The notes under the pieces: model-generated | What the model saw: only the letters and a program-made list of their open reading frames with translations | The model's database searches: none | What the model was told of the DNA's origin: nothing | Part shown: positions 35,703 to 47,597 of the stretch, in pieces | Layout: each line of letters begins with the position of its first letter | Numbering within the stretch: the first letter of the stretch is position 1 | NCBI GenBank assembly: GCA_020536535.1 | Contig: JAHLWZ010000448.1 | Coordinates: 1-64,000, forward strand | Source of the DNA: Pelomyxa schiedti | Taxonomy: Eukaryota > Protista > Evosea | DNA length: 64,000 nt | Reading direction: 5' to 3' | Made by a program: the position numbers and the translations under genes

Positions 35703-38700
35703 TTACACGTAGTGCACCCAGGGTTGCCTAACACCCATCACTGGGCCCACAGGAGACGTTTCAGTGCCAGGAGGAGCCCCAGTAACACCTTTTGTTTGTT
35801 TCGTGATGTTGAGTGAGTTCGCGTGTGCGTGAGGGAGGAGACCATACGTGGTCTTTCTAGTTCTTCTAGTTGCTTTCTTAAACGCTGTTGCTTCAGTTGA
35901 AGGGCCGTTGGTTTTCGTTTTCCTTGAGAAGGGTTATGAAACTGGAGAAAGGAGGAAAATTCCAAACTGTTTTTGCGGTGGGATGGGTATTCTGTTTGCC
36001 AGTCTTCCTCCTCCTCCAGCATTGCAGGAGACGGAGTTGAGGGTACATATAAACCAGGAACTCCAGGCATCCCCATTACCGGTCCACCACAGCTGCCCAT
36101 AGGAGGCACCATTACTGCCATCTGGAGTGTGTGCGGGTCCTGGTACTGGTGAAGCTGAGGATCCATCATAGGATCGCCTAATCCCTAAGAAAGTTAGTGG
36201 GACAAAGAGGTGCTGTGGGTAAGGGTAACCTCCATTACAACAGGAAGGCCGTTGGGGTCAGAAGGCATTACGACACCCATTTGTAACCCTCCCATTTCGT
36301 TTGGCATGCCAGTTTCAATCATCTCCTCCATCCCTCTCATTCCAACACCCATGTCTTGTTTGGGTGTTGCCATGACTGAAACAGCACTGTCGATAAAGTG
36401 AGTTAATGTGAGTAATATGTGGGAATGCACACGGGGGAGGGACACAGGGAGCCATCATAGTAGGTGTTGGTGTGGTGGATTTTCTTGGTCTGCCTGGCTT
36501 CTTTTTAGTGCTAGGCATATGAGAGAGTGCCTGTGTGTATAGGGCAGTTGTGTTGATACCCTCAGGCTTTGGTGATGTGGGTGATGTCATTAGCATCCCT
36601 GAAACAGGGGGAGAAATGGCGCCAGAAGTGTTAAGACATGGAGTGTGCGGGGTGGCCACGGGAGATGGTGGTGCTGGAGTTCCTGGGATAGATGGACTTG
36701 GTGGTGGGGTTGTGGAAGGAGTAGGAATTGGAGTCATCGATCCATCCACCTTCTTAGTTTTTCTAGAGTGATAGACATTTACAGAAGGCTCTTTCCTGTT
36801 CAAAATAAGCGAGAGGTGAAATGGTATGAAATGCATACGGCATCCGCTTTCTTGTCGAGGTTTGAGATATGCATTTCATTGCCGAAGGACTTGCAGGGAT
36901 TGGTACTTGAGGTTGTTGTTGGTGTTGCCTTTCGGGAACGTCCCTGACTAGCCGTTAGTGAATATGTTTACAGATCTAGAAAATTACTCAAAATTCGGAC
37001 TAATAGAAATGGTAACAACTGTTATCGTCTTCCATAGATTTTCGTTCACCAATGGGGCAAGGCGTGCTCTGAGTCCCATGAACTCAAGGCCTTAATAAAG
37101 AAAACAGCAAAGTACCTTTCATTTGGAGTAACTAAAAAATTCTTTTCCGGTTGTGTAATGCCGAGGTATGCTTTACAAAGTACAGTGCGTTTGTTGATTA
37201 TACCCACAATCCCTGGTCTGTAAACGTCTCCTTCTGTAAGGATGGGAATTAATCGTTTTCATCATTTCATAACACAACGTACCTGAACTTGATATCATGA
37301 ACTCCAACCAGCGAATCTTAATCCACTCATCACTCCAACGTGAACTGGAGTACGTTTCTCTCTGCAAGGCGGTGAGATTAAGAAAAATATTTGAAATTTC
37401 TAACACACAGCTAATACTTGCGTGAATCCCACAACAGTCCCACAATTCACAGCGAGAAAGTCTCCTAAGGCTAGATCTGTGACGGCGTAAGGTCTTGGTG
37501 TCGAGGTGACTGTGTGTTGTAATTGCTGCATTTGCTGTTGTTGCATTTGTTGTTGTTGAATTTGCTGCTGCTGAATTTGCTGTTGTTGCATTTGCTGCTG
37601 CTGAAGTTGTTGGAGTTGTTGTTGTTGCTGAAGTAGTTGGGTTGCTTCAACTTGCTGTATTTGCTGTGGTGCTGTGGTTGGTTGAGATTGAGATGGAATG
37701 ATATTTTGTGGTATTGCTTGATTTAGAGCAGATTGTGTAGGAGATTGCTGGTTAGCCAGTTGAGCCGTAGGCTGTGGTGGTGACGGTTGTGTAGTTGGTT
37801 GCATTGGGGTGTGGGGAGTTACTGACAGAACTTGCGTTGGAGATTGTACTTGGGAAATTTGAGGAATTTGTTGTGGTGAGGGTGTCTGTTGTGAAGCTGA
37901 TGATGTTAGTTGAGGTTGTAGTGGGGCTGCAAGAGTTTGTGATTGAGGTGTTTCTGTCACTTCGCCAAGATGTTGATTTGAAATGGATTTTTGTTCTTGA
38001 TGAGGAGACTGCGGAATAGGAGACCGCGGGTTGGCTTGTGGTGGAAGTTGAGATGGCTGAGATGGAGGTTGCATTTGTGGTTGAGGTGAAGGTGGGGGTT
38101 GAGTCTGCTGTTGAGGCTGCATAAGAGGAGTTGACACAATATCTTGGGTTATTTGTTGTTGCTGTGACCGGATTTGCGATTCCGGGTCCTGAGAGGCCGC
38201 TTGTTCAGCAATGGATACTTGCTGATTGTGAACTCCCATTGGCACGATGTAAGGAAACATATATTGTTGTTGCTGTGGTATTATGTACGGCTGTTGAAGA
38301 AGATAATGTGTCATAATGTCTGGGGCATAGTGCATGGGCAAAGCCTGATATTGTTGTTCCATGAGTATTTGGTGTTGGTATGCTGACATTTCCGACATGT
38401 CGCCTAAGTCTTGCTGTTGCACTTGAATTGATTGTGTTTGAGGAGGGGATTCACTGCCCACCCTTGAGGGGTCATCCTTCCCGGGTTCTTGTTTCGAAAT
38501 ATAATCGCCATGCTGGGGTGGTCGTTGTTTAGACCGGTGATGATGGTGGTGATGGTGGTGTAGACCTTGATTGTGTAATTGAAGAAGATGCTGCTGTGCT
38601 TGTTCTTCCTGCTGCTGTTCGTCGTAGTGCGGGGGCATGTTCATAGTGCCTCGGTCGTCGGGAATAACACTGTATAAGTCCTCTTGCCGTTGCACATGAC

Positions 38701-38953
38701 TTGCCTCGAGACTTGGAACAAGCATATTTGGTTGCGCCACTGTGGGAACTGGAGAATGTGACTGCGCCATAACTTGTTGCGGACCACTATCTTGTGGCGT
38801 AAATTTGTCGACACCAACAGACGAAGTGGCAGAGTTATCACAAGTGGCATTCGATTGTACCGACGCTACGGTGACATTCACCGTAGTGACGGTAGACGAT
38901 TGGGAGGAAGATGCCGACGACGGCATCACCTCTGACAGATTCTCACCGATCAT
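35703..38953 (-). CDS. Gln/Pro/His-rich nuclear protein with AT-hook
   Basis: Long polyQ-rich exon, His tract, KKPGRPRKS AT-hook and basic NLS-like segments. The internal exon structure is uncertain. Confidence 0.65.
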
Positions 38954-39327
38954 GATAACGAGTAAAGGGGGATGTGACTAGCAAAGGAGAAGATCTCGTC
39001 GTCCTTGTCTGCCCACATTTTTTTTTTCGTTATGTTTTAGAGCCGTGACAAGCAAAGTGGCGCGACGAGCAGGCAACTACTGTAACAGCCATAAAACCAA
39101 ACGAAAAGAAAAATAAATAAACAAAAAAAACGAAATACGCACTTGCAGGCGGCGTCGCACTTGTATTTTTGATTATTTTTTTTTGCTTTGCTTGCACTTG
39201 TTTTTTGGGTAATTTTTTTCTCTTTGTTTTTTCTGATGGGTGTTTAGAATAAGAGCCAATCGCGTTTCTATCTCATTAGAAAGACAGGTTGAGTTTCTTC
39301 CACGAAAGGCTGTCGGCATGCCGCTCC

Positions 39328-40683
39328 CTATGAGTGGAATTCCCAGTTGCTCACATCGTCGGAACAGGACCAGGCACCAGAGGCCCACTTGTTGGAAACA
39401 ACATTCCATGGCATCAACACGCCTGTTAATTTGTATATGTGAGTGCCAAGCGGGAGTGAGGTTAAGCAAACCTTCGGGGAAGTCCGGCTCGGTGTAGTCC
39501 CACATAAGAAGGTACCAATAGTTGTCAGCGGGATCAAAGCATCCTTCTTGGTTTTTGTTTTCTGCTGGTGTTGGGACATCATACCTACAGTTCATATTTA
39601 ATTCCCAAAGGAAAAGAAATTGAGAAGTACGGCTCATAGAAATGACCAGGAACAACTACATTGCTCCATGTGCCTGTCTTGTAGTCGATCTTTTCCATAC
39701 CACCACCCATGTTCGAGTTCACAAGAGCATAAAGCTAAAGAAGTCAATTTTGGGGTAAATAGGTAGAAGCTTACCTCGTTGTAATAAGGGATCCAAGCAA
39801 GCTCAATAGGATATGCAGCACTTATGGGATCGGTACCTCCAACTGCAGGAGTAATGATGACATCCTTGGTGTACACATTGTATGTTACAATGACGTAAAG
39901 TTCCGTGCTAAGTTCCTTACTACAATTGTTAAAGCGGACTAGGACCAAAGGAAAATAAATACGCTGAGAAGAAGTAATTTCCTAAAACAGAGTCATAGGC
40001 AGCAGGAAGTCTTGGTGTATAAAAAGAAGTATTGACCACTCGGGTAAGTTGTGATACAGTACCAGTAGCCGGATCAATGGTAATCATAAAACCATCAGCA
40101 ACTTGAGTGAGTTTGTGTTAACGTTGCCACGTCATTTCTTGACGTCATACCTCCGTAGAGAGTGTTTGTTGTTGTATCCATCATAATTGAGGTCAACTCA
40201 GCTGTCCGCCATAACTTCAAGGTGGTATTTGTGGCTTGGCCAGCAGTAATCTAAACATAATGACATTGAATTTTGGAGGTACTATGCTTTGTGACATACA
40301 TCTGCTGTGAAAATTTCATAGAAATTCTCCAACTCCTCATGTTCCACGGTCACAAGGTAGTACATATTAGTCGCCTCAGAATAAGCAGAAAATCGGCCAA
40401 GAGCCATTTCTTCCTTGTCACTTCTCTCAGCTACTACCTAAACATCGTTTTAGGAGCTAACAGCGGCCTGTTTTTGGGTTTTTTTTTTGTTTAAATTCAA
40501 AAATACTGTGAACAAGTGCTCAGGGGGAATTGGATCTGGGAGATTGAGTTTCACAAGATCTAGCCTCAGATCCTCGCACAACACGCCAAGGCAATACCCC
40601 TCAATGCCGTATATGAATTTGCATTGCACGCACGCTACGCACAACGCCACGACGACAGCCGCAACTACCTGACAACGCGTCAT
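39328..40683 (-). CDS. Predicted secreted protein of unknown function (beta-rich)
   Basis: Signal-peptide-like MTRCQVVAAVVVALCVACVQC; multiple exons ending ...SDDVSNWEFHS*. Confidence 0.6.
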
Positions 40684-40952
40684 GTTAAATCTCCTTCACC
40701 AACAATTTTGTTTGTTTTTTTTTGTTTGCATTTTTTCGCCTCCTTGTTTGTTCGGGTTTTGTTTCTTCCCGAAATCAGCCAAGAAGAACCAGGTTGTCAT
40801 TCTTGTCAGGACTGGACCGATCACACACAACATCCCATCCATCTGGAATAGCACATCCAGATGGGCCAGTCACATAGGTGAGTCATAGAAGTGACTCAGC
40901 AGCCTCAGTAAGGACTCTCTTCCGTGAGCAACGAAATATTAGAGATACGGAA

Positions 40953-42586
40953 ATGACTTTCGTGGGGGCGTTTTCATGGACGGTGATGGTGATGGTCGTG
41001 GGGTGGGTAGTGACGCGTTTCCGGCGCCGCGTGCCGAAGACCATTGCGTTTTTCCACCCTTATTGCAACGCTGGTGGTGGTGGCGAGTTTGTGCTGTGGA
41101 GCGCAATAGTTGCTATTCATGAAAAGTAAGGAAAACCCCGACACTTTTTTTTTTTTTTTTTTTTGAATTTCAGTTGGGGCTTACGTTTAAGGTGAGGTTT
41201 CCTGATTATAAGTGCGTTGTGTATACGGGAGATGTTGTACCAGATGCGGAGATTCTGGAGAACGCAAAGCGGTGGTTTGGATTCGAATTTTCCACACAGG
41301 CTTCCGAGTCTGGGAAATCTGCAGCCAGACCCTCACTACCACCTGCACCTCGTTTCATTCGTTTGAAGTTGAGAGCTCTTGCAGGCTACCCGTACCCTGT
41401 GGTAACATTGGCACTGCAGAGTCTCGGTTCAGTTCTTTTGGCTTTTGAGGCGTGGTGGAAATTACTGCCTGAAGTCTTTGTTGACACAACTGGATTTGCA
41501 TTTTCCATGCCAGTATTTCGACTTTTGGGAAATGCGAAAGTACTGTGCCACATTTATCTGTAACCTTGCCAACTTACACAATCAGGTGGCTTGTTACGTT
41601 CACTACCCAACAATTAGTGAGGATATGCTTAACTTTGTTGCAGCAAGGAAAGGCGCCTACAACAATAGACCAACAATTGCCAGTTCTTGGAGTATTTGCT
41701 TACTATTATTATGACTTATCTGATCAACTTTGTAGTCCTCTCAACTGGTAAATGGCTGTATTATAAGGCGTTTGCATACATGTATTGCTTTGCTGGGAGG
41801 ACCGCAAACGCTGTTATGGTCAACAGTAGCTGGACAAAATCACACATAACAAAGCTCTGGCGCCGAACCGACATCGCTCTAGTGTTTCCTCCATGCAAAT
41901 TTGAAAGTGGCTCCGTGAGTGCCTCGTACGAGAAGCAGACCGACCCCGCTCTCGTGGTCTCCATTGGACAATTCCGGCCCGAGAAGGACCACATGCTGCA
42001 GGCCAAGGCGTTCGAGAGGCTCCTGCAGCAGCACCCCGAGCACCGCGGCAAGGTGCAGCTGGTCATTGTGGGATCAGTCAGGGACGAGGCCGACGCGGCG
42101 CGGAAGGCCAAGGTCCGCGAGGCCTGCGAGGCCAGCCCGCTGCTCGCGGACTGCGTCAAGGTGCCGGACTCTGTGGACTGCGCCGAGAAGAACTCGCTGC
42201 TCTCGCGGGCGGTGGCGGGCCTGCACACGATGCGCGACGAGCACTTTGGCATCTGCGTGGTGGAGTACATGGCGGCCCGGGCCGTGCCGGTCTCGCACCG
42301 CAGCGCGGGGCCGCTGCTGGACATCGTGGTGCCGGCGCAGGAGGACGCGGCGGGGATGTGCGGCTTCCTGGCCCAGACCGCCGACGAGTACGCCGAGGCG
42401 CTGCACAGGGTGCTGGCGATGGGGGACGACGAGAGGAGGCTGGTGGCCGAGAGGGCCTTTGGGCGCAGCCAGATGTTTTCGCCAGAGACATTCGCCAAGG
42501 ATTTCATCAGGTCGCTGGTGTCTTCTGGGTGTGTGCAGACAATCACACAAGCAACTGCGGCCACGAAATCACATAAGGTGGAATAG
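40953..42586 (+). CDS. ALG11: GDP-Man:Man3GlcNAc2-PP-Dol alpha-1,2-mannosyltransferase
   Basis: [17 protein letters not shown], [35 protein letters not shown] (GT4 EX7E motif). Confidence 0.95.
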
Positions 42587-42781
42587 AGTCATTTGGGTGA
42601 AATAAAGTAAAGTAAGTAATTTAGTTCTTTTTAAAGAGAAAATGTTTTCCTGTGTTTATTCTCCACTTCGTTCCTTTTAATCAACAGACACACCTGAGAA
42701 AGCAGCATTTGCACTATTTTTGCTCTGTATTCTTTTATAGTTGTTACATTGAACGTATTCTATGGATTTTACATAATATTC

Positions 42782-44602
42782 TCACTCATGGATATGGGTG
42801 CCTGTGAGGCGCCTGAGGAGTTGAAGTAAAAAGGGGTCCTCAGATATGTTCATGATGCAGGGTGAGTCGCTGCACAGCTCCGCAACAGATGGAGAGTACT
42901 TTTCCAGTAAAAACTTGACTACGGAGGTATGTGCGGAGCGGCAGGCACGGCGTATGCACGCTACTGCTTGCTGTTGGGCGATTTCAGAATAGTGAACTGA
43001 CAGCCACTTGACAGCTCCTATGTTTCCAAAGTGTGAGTATATTTCAAGAGGGGTTCCTTGGCGCTCTTCGGCGCCATCAAAGTCACGTCCAACGCTGAGC
43101 TGCAGGTCGCTGGCGGTAATGTAGGCCTTTTCTAGTAGCCATTTCAGTACGGCTACGTTTCCTTGGACACAAAACATGCGAAATGCTTTGTTTCTAGCAG
43201 CGTGAAGGCTAGATATAGGCTCAAGCTTGCCTTCCTCGAAAAGCCACTGCAGAAAAGGAAGTGGGTTCTTTTGGGAAGAACAAGCAATGGTGTGTAAAAT
43301 GTCACTTGGATCCATCGCCAGAGGGGGATACTTCGCAGTCACCCACTTGAGACTATCAATATCGGCACGGCTGCAAATCGTTTGTAGAGTGTATTGTAGT
43401 TCTGAGCGTACGGGGTCAAAGGGACCATATTTTCTCTCAAGATACTGAGCAATTTCCAAAAAACCTTCCAGGCTGCCCAGAAAAGAATTACAAACCGAGG
43501 GTGAATCAAGATCTGTTTTTTCGCATATTAACTTGACTGAATCGAAGTGCCCCTGCCGGCAAGCTGTAGACAACAGGGATCTGCGGGAACGAGGATAGGT
43601 ATCACAAAGCCACTCCACGAAATCGACTTGGCCTGTCTCAGCATATACCATAGAATGGTCTTTTGGTTCCCAGCTGCAATCATAATTGGCCGTGAGCCAC
43701 TTGGCCATTTTGCAACTTCCCGCTTGAAGAAGGGCGTGAATTACCCCCTCAATGCATGGTGATATGTCAGATTGCCTCACTTTAAACTGAGAGAAGAACC
43801 ACTCCACAAATTCAGGGTTCGCTGTCTTCAGCGCCGCCTTGACAAGAGTCCCCAGATGCTTGTTGATTTCAGGTTTGTCTCTTGTCAGTCCCCAAGAAGT
43901 TACTAGCCACTTAAATGCATCCACGTGACCATTCTCAAGGCTTCTCAATACATCGTCGCAGTCGTCCATACAGGCATGCTCTGCAGTAAACCCGAATTGT
44001 TCAACAAGAAACTTGCAGGCTTCCAACCGTCCTTTTCGGAAGGATTTGGCGAAGATTTCAGAGTATTCTCCTGTCACCAGTTCTCTCGAGACAGGGAACT
44101 TAGATAGAGCCCATTTCGCGTAATCCACATGGCCCTCTGTGCACGAGACTAGCAGAAGCCCGGCACCAAGTTTAGCGCCAAAAGGAGTTGACTCGACAGA
44201 ATAATGGGAAGCAAGCCACTCTGATAACCGTTTGCAACTGAAGCCAGCACAAAACAATAACGCTAATTCTATACTCCCATCAGTTAATGCCATTATTTTT
44301 TTCCCAACCAAAGATATCAACCTATTGTCAAGAATACAGATTAAGTCAGAAAGGGAAACCGATACCAAGTGGGTCTTGGTGCCTTCAAAAAAAAAGGGAA
44401 AAAAAGGGCAATACGGGAAAAAGGCTTCAGCGAGCTTCAAGAGTGTTTCTAAGTTTTCCTCATCCTCCCTTGAACCCAGGATCTCGGCATCCTGTGAGAT
44501 CCAAGGAATGAGACAAGTGTTAGGAGGCAGCGCTACGGTCCACAAGATCCTTGATGCCCAAACAACCCAGGCACTAGTTCCCGGTTCCGGTGCCCCCTCC
44601 AT
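42782..44602 (-). CDS. Degenerate ankyrin-like repeat protein (same family as 17085-18951)
   Basis: Repeats such as SCTEGHVDYAKWAL, ACRQGHFDSVKLI and FCVQGNVAVLKWLL; shares an EAxFP motif before an intron with the 17-19 kb gene. Confidence 0.75.
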   Translation of the reverse strand: MEGAPEPGTSAWVVWASRILWTVALPPNTCLIPWISQDAEILGSREDEENLETLLKLAEAFFPYCPFFPFFFEGTKTHLVSVSLSDLICILDNRLISLVGKKIMALTDGSIELALLFCAGFSCKRLSEWLASHYSVESTPFGAKLGAGLLLVSCTEGHVDYAKWALSKFPVSRELVTGEYSEIFAKSFRKGRLEACKFLVEQFGFTAEHACMDDCDDVLRSLENGHVDAFKWLVTSWGLTRDKPEINKHLGTLVKAALKTANPEFVEWFFSQFKVRQSDISPCIEGVIHALLQAGSCKMAKWLTANYDCSWEPKDHSMVYAETGQVDFVEWLCDTYPRSRRSLLSTACRQGHFDSVKLICEKTDLDSPSVCNSFLGSLEGFLEIAQYLERKYGPFDPVRSELQYTLQTICSRADIDSLKWVTAKYPPLAMDPSDILHTIACSSQKNPLPFLQWLFEEGKLEPISSLHAARNKAFRMFCVQGNVAVLKWLLEKAYITASDLQLSVGRDFDGAEERQGTPLEIYSHFGNIGAVKWLSVHYSEIAQQQAVACIRRACRSAHTSVVKFLLEKYSPSVAELCSDSPCIMNISEDPFLLQLLRRLTGTHIHE

Positions 44603-44651
44603 CACACTCGGCGGTTGAAATACCAAAAGACAGGATGATTAGATTCGGCAA

Positions 44652-45941
44652 ATGCAGGTTTCCTTTGATCGCGTTAACCAGGCACGGGACCAGTTCATTG
44701 CCTTGGCTCTGTGCACGTCACCACGGTGCGGGGCCTGCAGCCCTGCCCGGGTACTGAGCCCCTCCGCCGTGGCCGACGCCCTGGGCCGCGGCTGGGTCCT
44801 GCGCCCCTGGACCCGCCTGGGGGTCCTCGTCGCGCCGCCGCGGCCCGACGTCCTGCTGCTGACCCCCATGTCCGACCCCAGGGGCTCCTGGGCCCACGTC
44901 GCCGCGGTGGTCACGCCGACCCTGGGGCTGCTGGGCCCCCCGCGGGTGGCAGTGCACACCACGCACTGGGGCGACTACTCGCACAACAGGGCGTGGGTGG
45001 ATCCCTCCTGGATGATCTCGGAGGTGGGCACCAGCAGGGTCTTTTGCGTGAGGGACGTGGCGGCTGGGGGGCGCGTTGTCCAGGAGCTTACTCCCAACCC
45101 ACGAATAAGACATCTTGGTAGCCATGGGATAATCCACAGGACCGTGGGCCCTGGCCTTGGGTTTCATTTGTGCGACTGTGATGACAGGTGGATAACAATT
45201 GTGGGAGGCACGAGGGTGAACAAAATTCACATTTGGAGGAGGAGAGACCACCGAAATATTCCACATGCAACTGCGGAGGGTGGTGTTTTTGTTGTGTCAG
45301 AATTCCTGCTGGGTGGCGGCCTTGTCCATTCCGTCAAGCTCACTGGAATAGACGAGGTTTCAGTTCTATACGAAATGGTGAACTCAAGAAACAGTGACCT
45401 TCAGTGGATCCACATTGACATTGCCCAATCAATCAAGGGCGGTGTGTTGCTCCGTGATGTTATTAGCAGTTGGGACTCACCTTTTTCCGACCGGCTGAAA
45501 CTCAACCGTGCCCAAGTATTTTCGAGGGAGCTCCTTTTGACTGATAAGCACGAGTTAGTTTCACCATCTGGTGAAGTTGTGAGAGTGTTACCAGCTGCAC
45601 CTTGGTTGATTGACCAGTATCACTTTGCTTGCATTGACTCTGTATCTGAGTCAACTTCCAGTTCTATCAATGTGTTCAACTTCAGCAATCCAACACAGCC
45701 CTTTATGTGCGTACATCTTTGTGCTCACAACGATGTTTCATTCTATGGCAGTCAAGGCAGTGGGTTCATACTCACCGCCCAGAAGCGGGAAGGAAGTTCC
45801 TCCGTGTTGCAATTTTTTGATGTCCCAACAGGCTTGAACATATTCCAAGCCAAATTTGAACCACAAAAAGGTGCATTACAATGGACTATCATCACGCGGG
45901 CGTGCAACTTGGATTTGAATGTATCCTGTGAGTCGCCCTAA
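44652..45941 (+). CDS. Intronless hypothetical protein, lineage-specific family (ARDQFxAL...PRCGxxSPA N-terminus, beta-rich body)
   Basis: 429-aa ORF with coding-like composition. The N-terminal motif resembles an expanded hypothetical family I recall from Pelomyxa (unverified). Confidence 0.7.
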   Translation: MQVSFDRVNQARDQFIALALCTSPRCGACSPARVLSPSAVADALGRGWVLRPWTRLGVLVAPPRPDVLLLTPMSDPRGSWAHVAAVVTPTLGLLGPPRVAVHTTHWGDYSHNRAWVDPSWMISEVGTSRVFCVRDVAAGGRVVQELTPNPRIRHLGSHGIIHRTVGPGLGFHLCDCDDRWITIVGGTRVNKIHIWRRRDHRNIPHATAEGGVFVVSEFLLGGGLVHSVKLTGIDEVSVLYEMVNSRNSDLQWIHIDIAQSIKGGVLLRDVISSWDSPFSDRLKLNRAQVFSRELLLTDKHELVSPSGEVVRVLPAAPWLIDQYHFACIDSVSESTSSSINVFNFSNPTQPFMCVHLCAHNDVSFYGSQGSGFILTAQKREGSSSVLQFFDVPTGLNIFQAKFEPQKGALQWTIITRACNLDLNVSCESP

Positions 45942-46192
45942 AATGAAGATCTGAATGATCTCACCCCCTGCCCTTCGCATTTCCCCATCTTTTCATCAAA
46001 AAATAACAACTTTTAATTTTGTCGAGAGAGCACCTGCCTAATGCGGTTTGTTACAAAAATCTGTTTAATATATGTGCATTGACGTACCGTGGGTGCACCC
46101 CAAAAAACCATTGTTTATTAGTGCAATGTGCTGTGCGCACAAGTTGTTGATTTCAAAGCGTTGCTGGGAAAGAAGTTGGTACCACTAGCACA

Positions 46193-47484
46193 ATGGCGAG
46201 AACCACGTTCTTTGCGGTGCTGCTTATCCTTGGTTGTTGTGGGTTGTTCTCTGCTAAGGCTTCCTTGGTAATGCCGAGCAGTCCAGTGGCGGGCGCAGAC
46301 CCATGCAACAGCATGCCCCCCGATTACAGCATCAAGTTGGTGGTGGCACTGTGGCAGACTTCATCGGTTTTGGGCGACAAGAAGGCGAACATTGACAAAC
46401 TTGCGGTGGCTGCCGCTGAGGCTGCCGCGAATGGGGCGAATCTCATAGCTGTTCCTGGTGTGTAGTACCACTACAATTTTTTTTTTTCTCTTTGCTTTTT
46501 TGTTGACATGGACCTAAGAGCTGTATACAACTGGGTACTACAATTTCTCTTATCAGCAACTCATCTCGATGGCTGAAACGAGCAACGGAGATACATTTCA
46601 GCAGATGTCAAAAATCGCCAGGTATTCAAGAAGTGATTGCCTGTCTCACACCAAACAGCACAAACAACATTTCTATAGTCTATGGTTATATTGAGACCGA
46701 CAACGCCAAGCATCTGTATGACAGTGCCGTTCTTGTGAGTTATACAGGTTCGGTACTGGGGAAAATCCTGTATCCCATAACATTATCAATGTAGGGGAAC
46801 GCTTGATCAATTACCGTAAGGTTCACGTCGACGGTATTGAAAACTATGTGTTCACTTGCGGAGAAGAGGTATCTTCTCCATTATGCCACTATACTCCTAA
46901 TTAGTGTAAAACCTCAGCTGGGCCCAGTAGTGGAACTTCTGGGGGTTAGAATAGGTAATACTCTTTGAATTTAACCATGTGGTACCACATCTCTAACGAT
47001 TATGCAGGTCTGTTGATCTGTGCAGATGTGTCATTCCCAGAGGCTGCCCGAGTACTCGCTCTCCAAGATGCAGATTTCATTATCATTCCTACTGCTCAAG
47101 CTGCACTTCCCGAGTTCAATGGATACAGCAATGCAACTGTACCTTCAGTATGTATCACCCCTTCGTACTTTCATTTCTAACAAGTTGGAAGCGCGCAAAT
47201 GAAAATATACTTTACGTTGCCTACGTCAACTACGTACAAGAAACAAACTATGCGTCGTTTCATGGCTTGAGCAGATTAAGTGACCCTGTGTACTGTTCCT
47301 GGATTGAGGGGTCCACTGACAAAGAGGAGGTGTGGCTTTGTAATCCCTTACTCCTCACCTAATGTACCCAAAGCTCCTCTATGCAACTTTGTATCCCGCC
47401 ACATGGCGACCATACCGCACCCACGGATTCTCAGAAAGACACCCTGAGTGCTATGGTCTCATTTGTGAAACAACACTCGTATAG
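46193..47484 (+). CDS. Nitrilase-superfamily carbon-nitrogen hydrolase with signal peptide
   Basis: Spliced PELYTTGY (Glu), YRKVH (Lys), GLLICADVSFPEAARVLAL (Cys); hydrophobic N-terminus. Confidence 0.88.
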
Positions 47485-47597
47485 AAAACAAGTTTCTTCC
47501 TTTCTTTTGGGTTTTTTTTTTGCTCCACTCCTTGCTGAGGAAGGGAGTGTTTTTTATACCGCGTTTCTATACACAGAGGTTTTATGAATACAGTCCA

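Noticed and set aside
37520-37640. CAG/CAA-type trinucleotide repeats
   Set aside because: They encode the polyQ tract of the minus-strand protein, which is common in amoebozoans.
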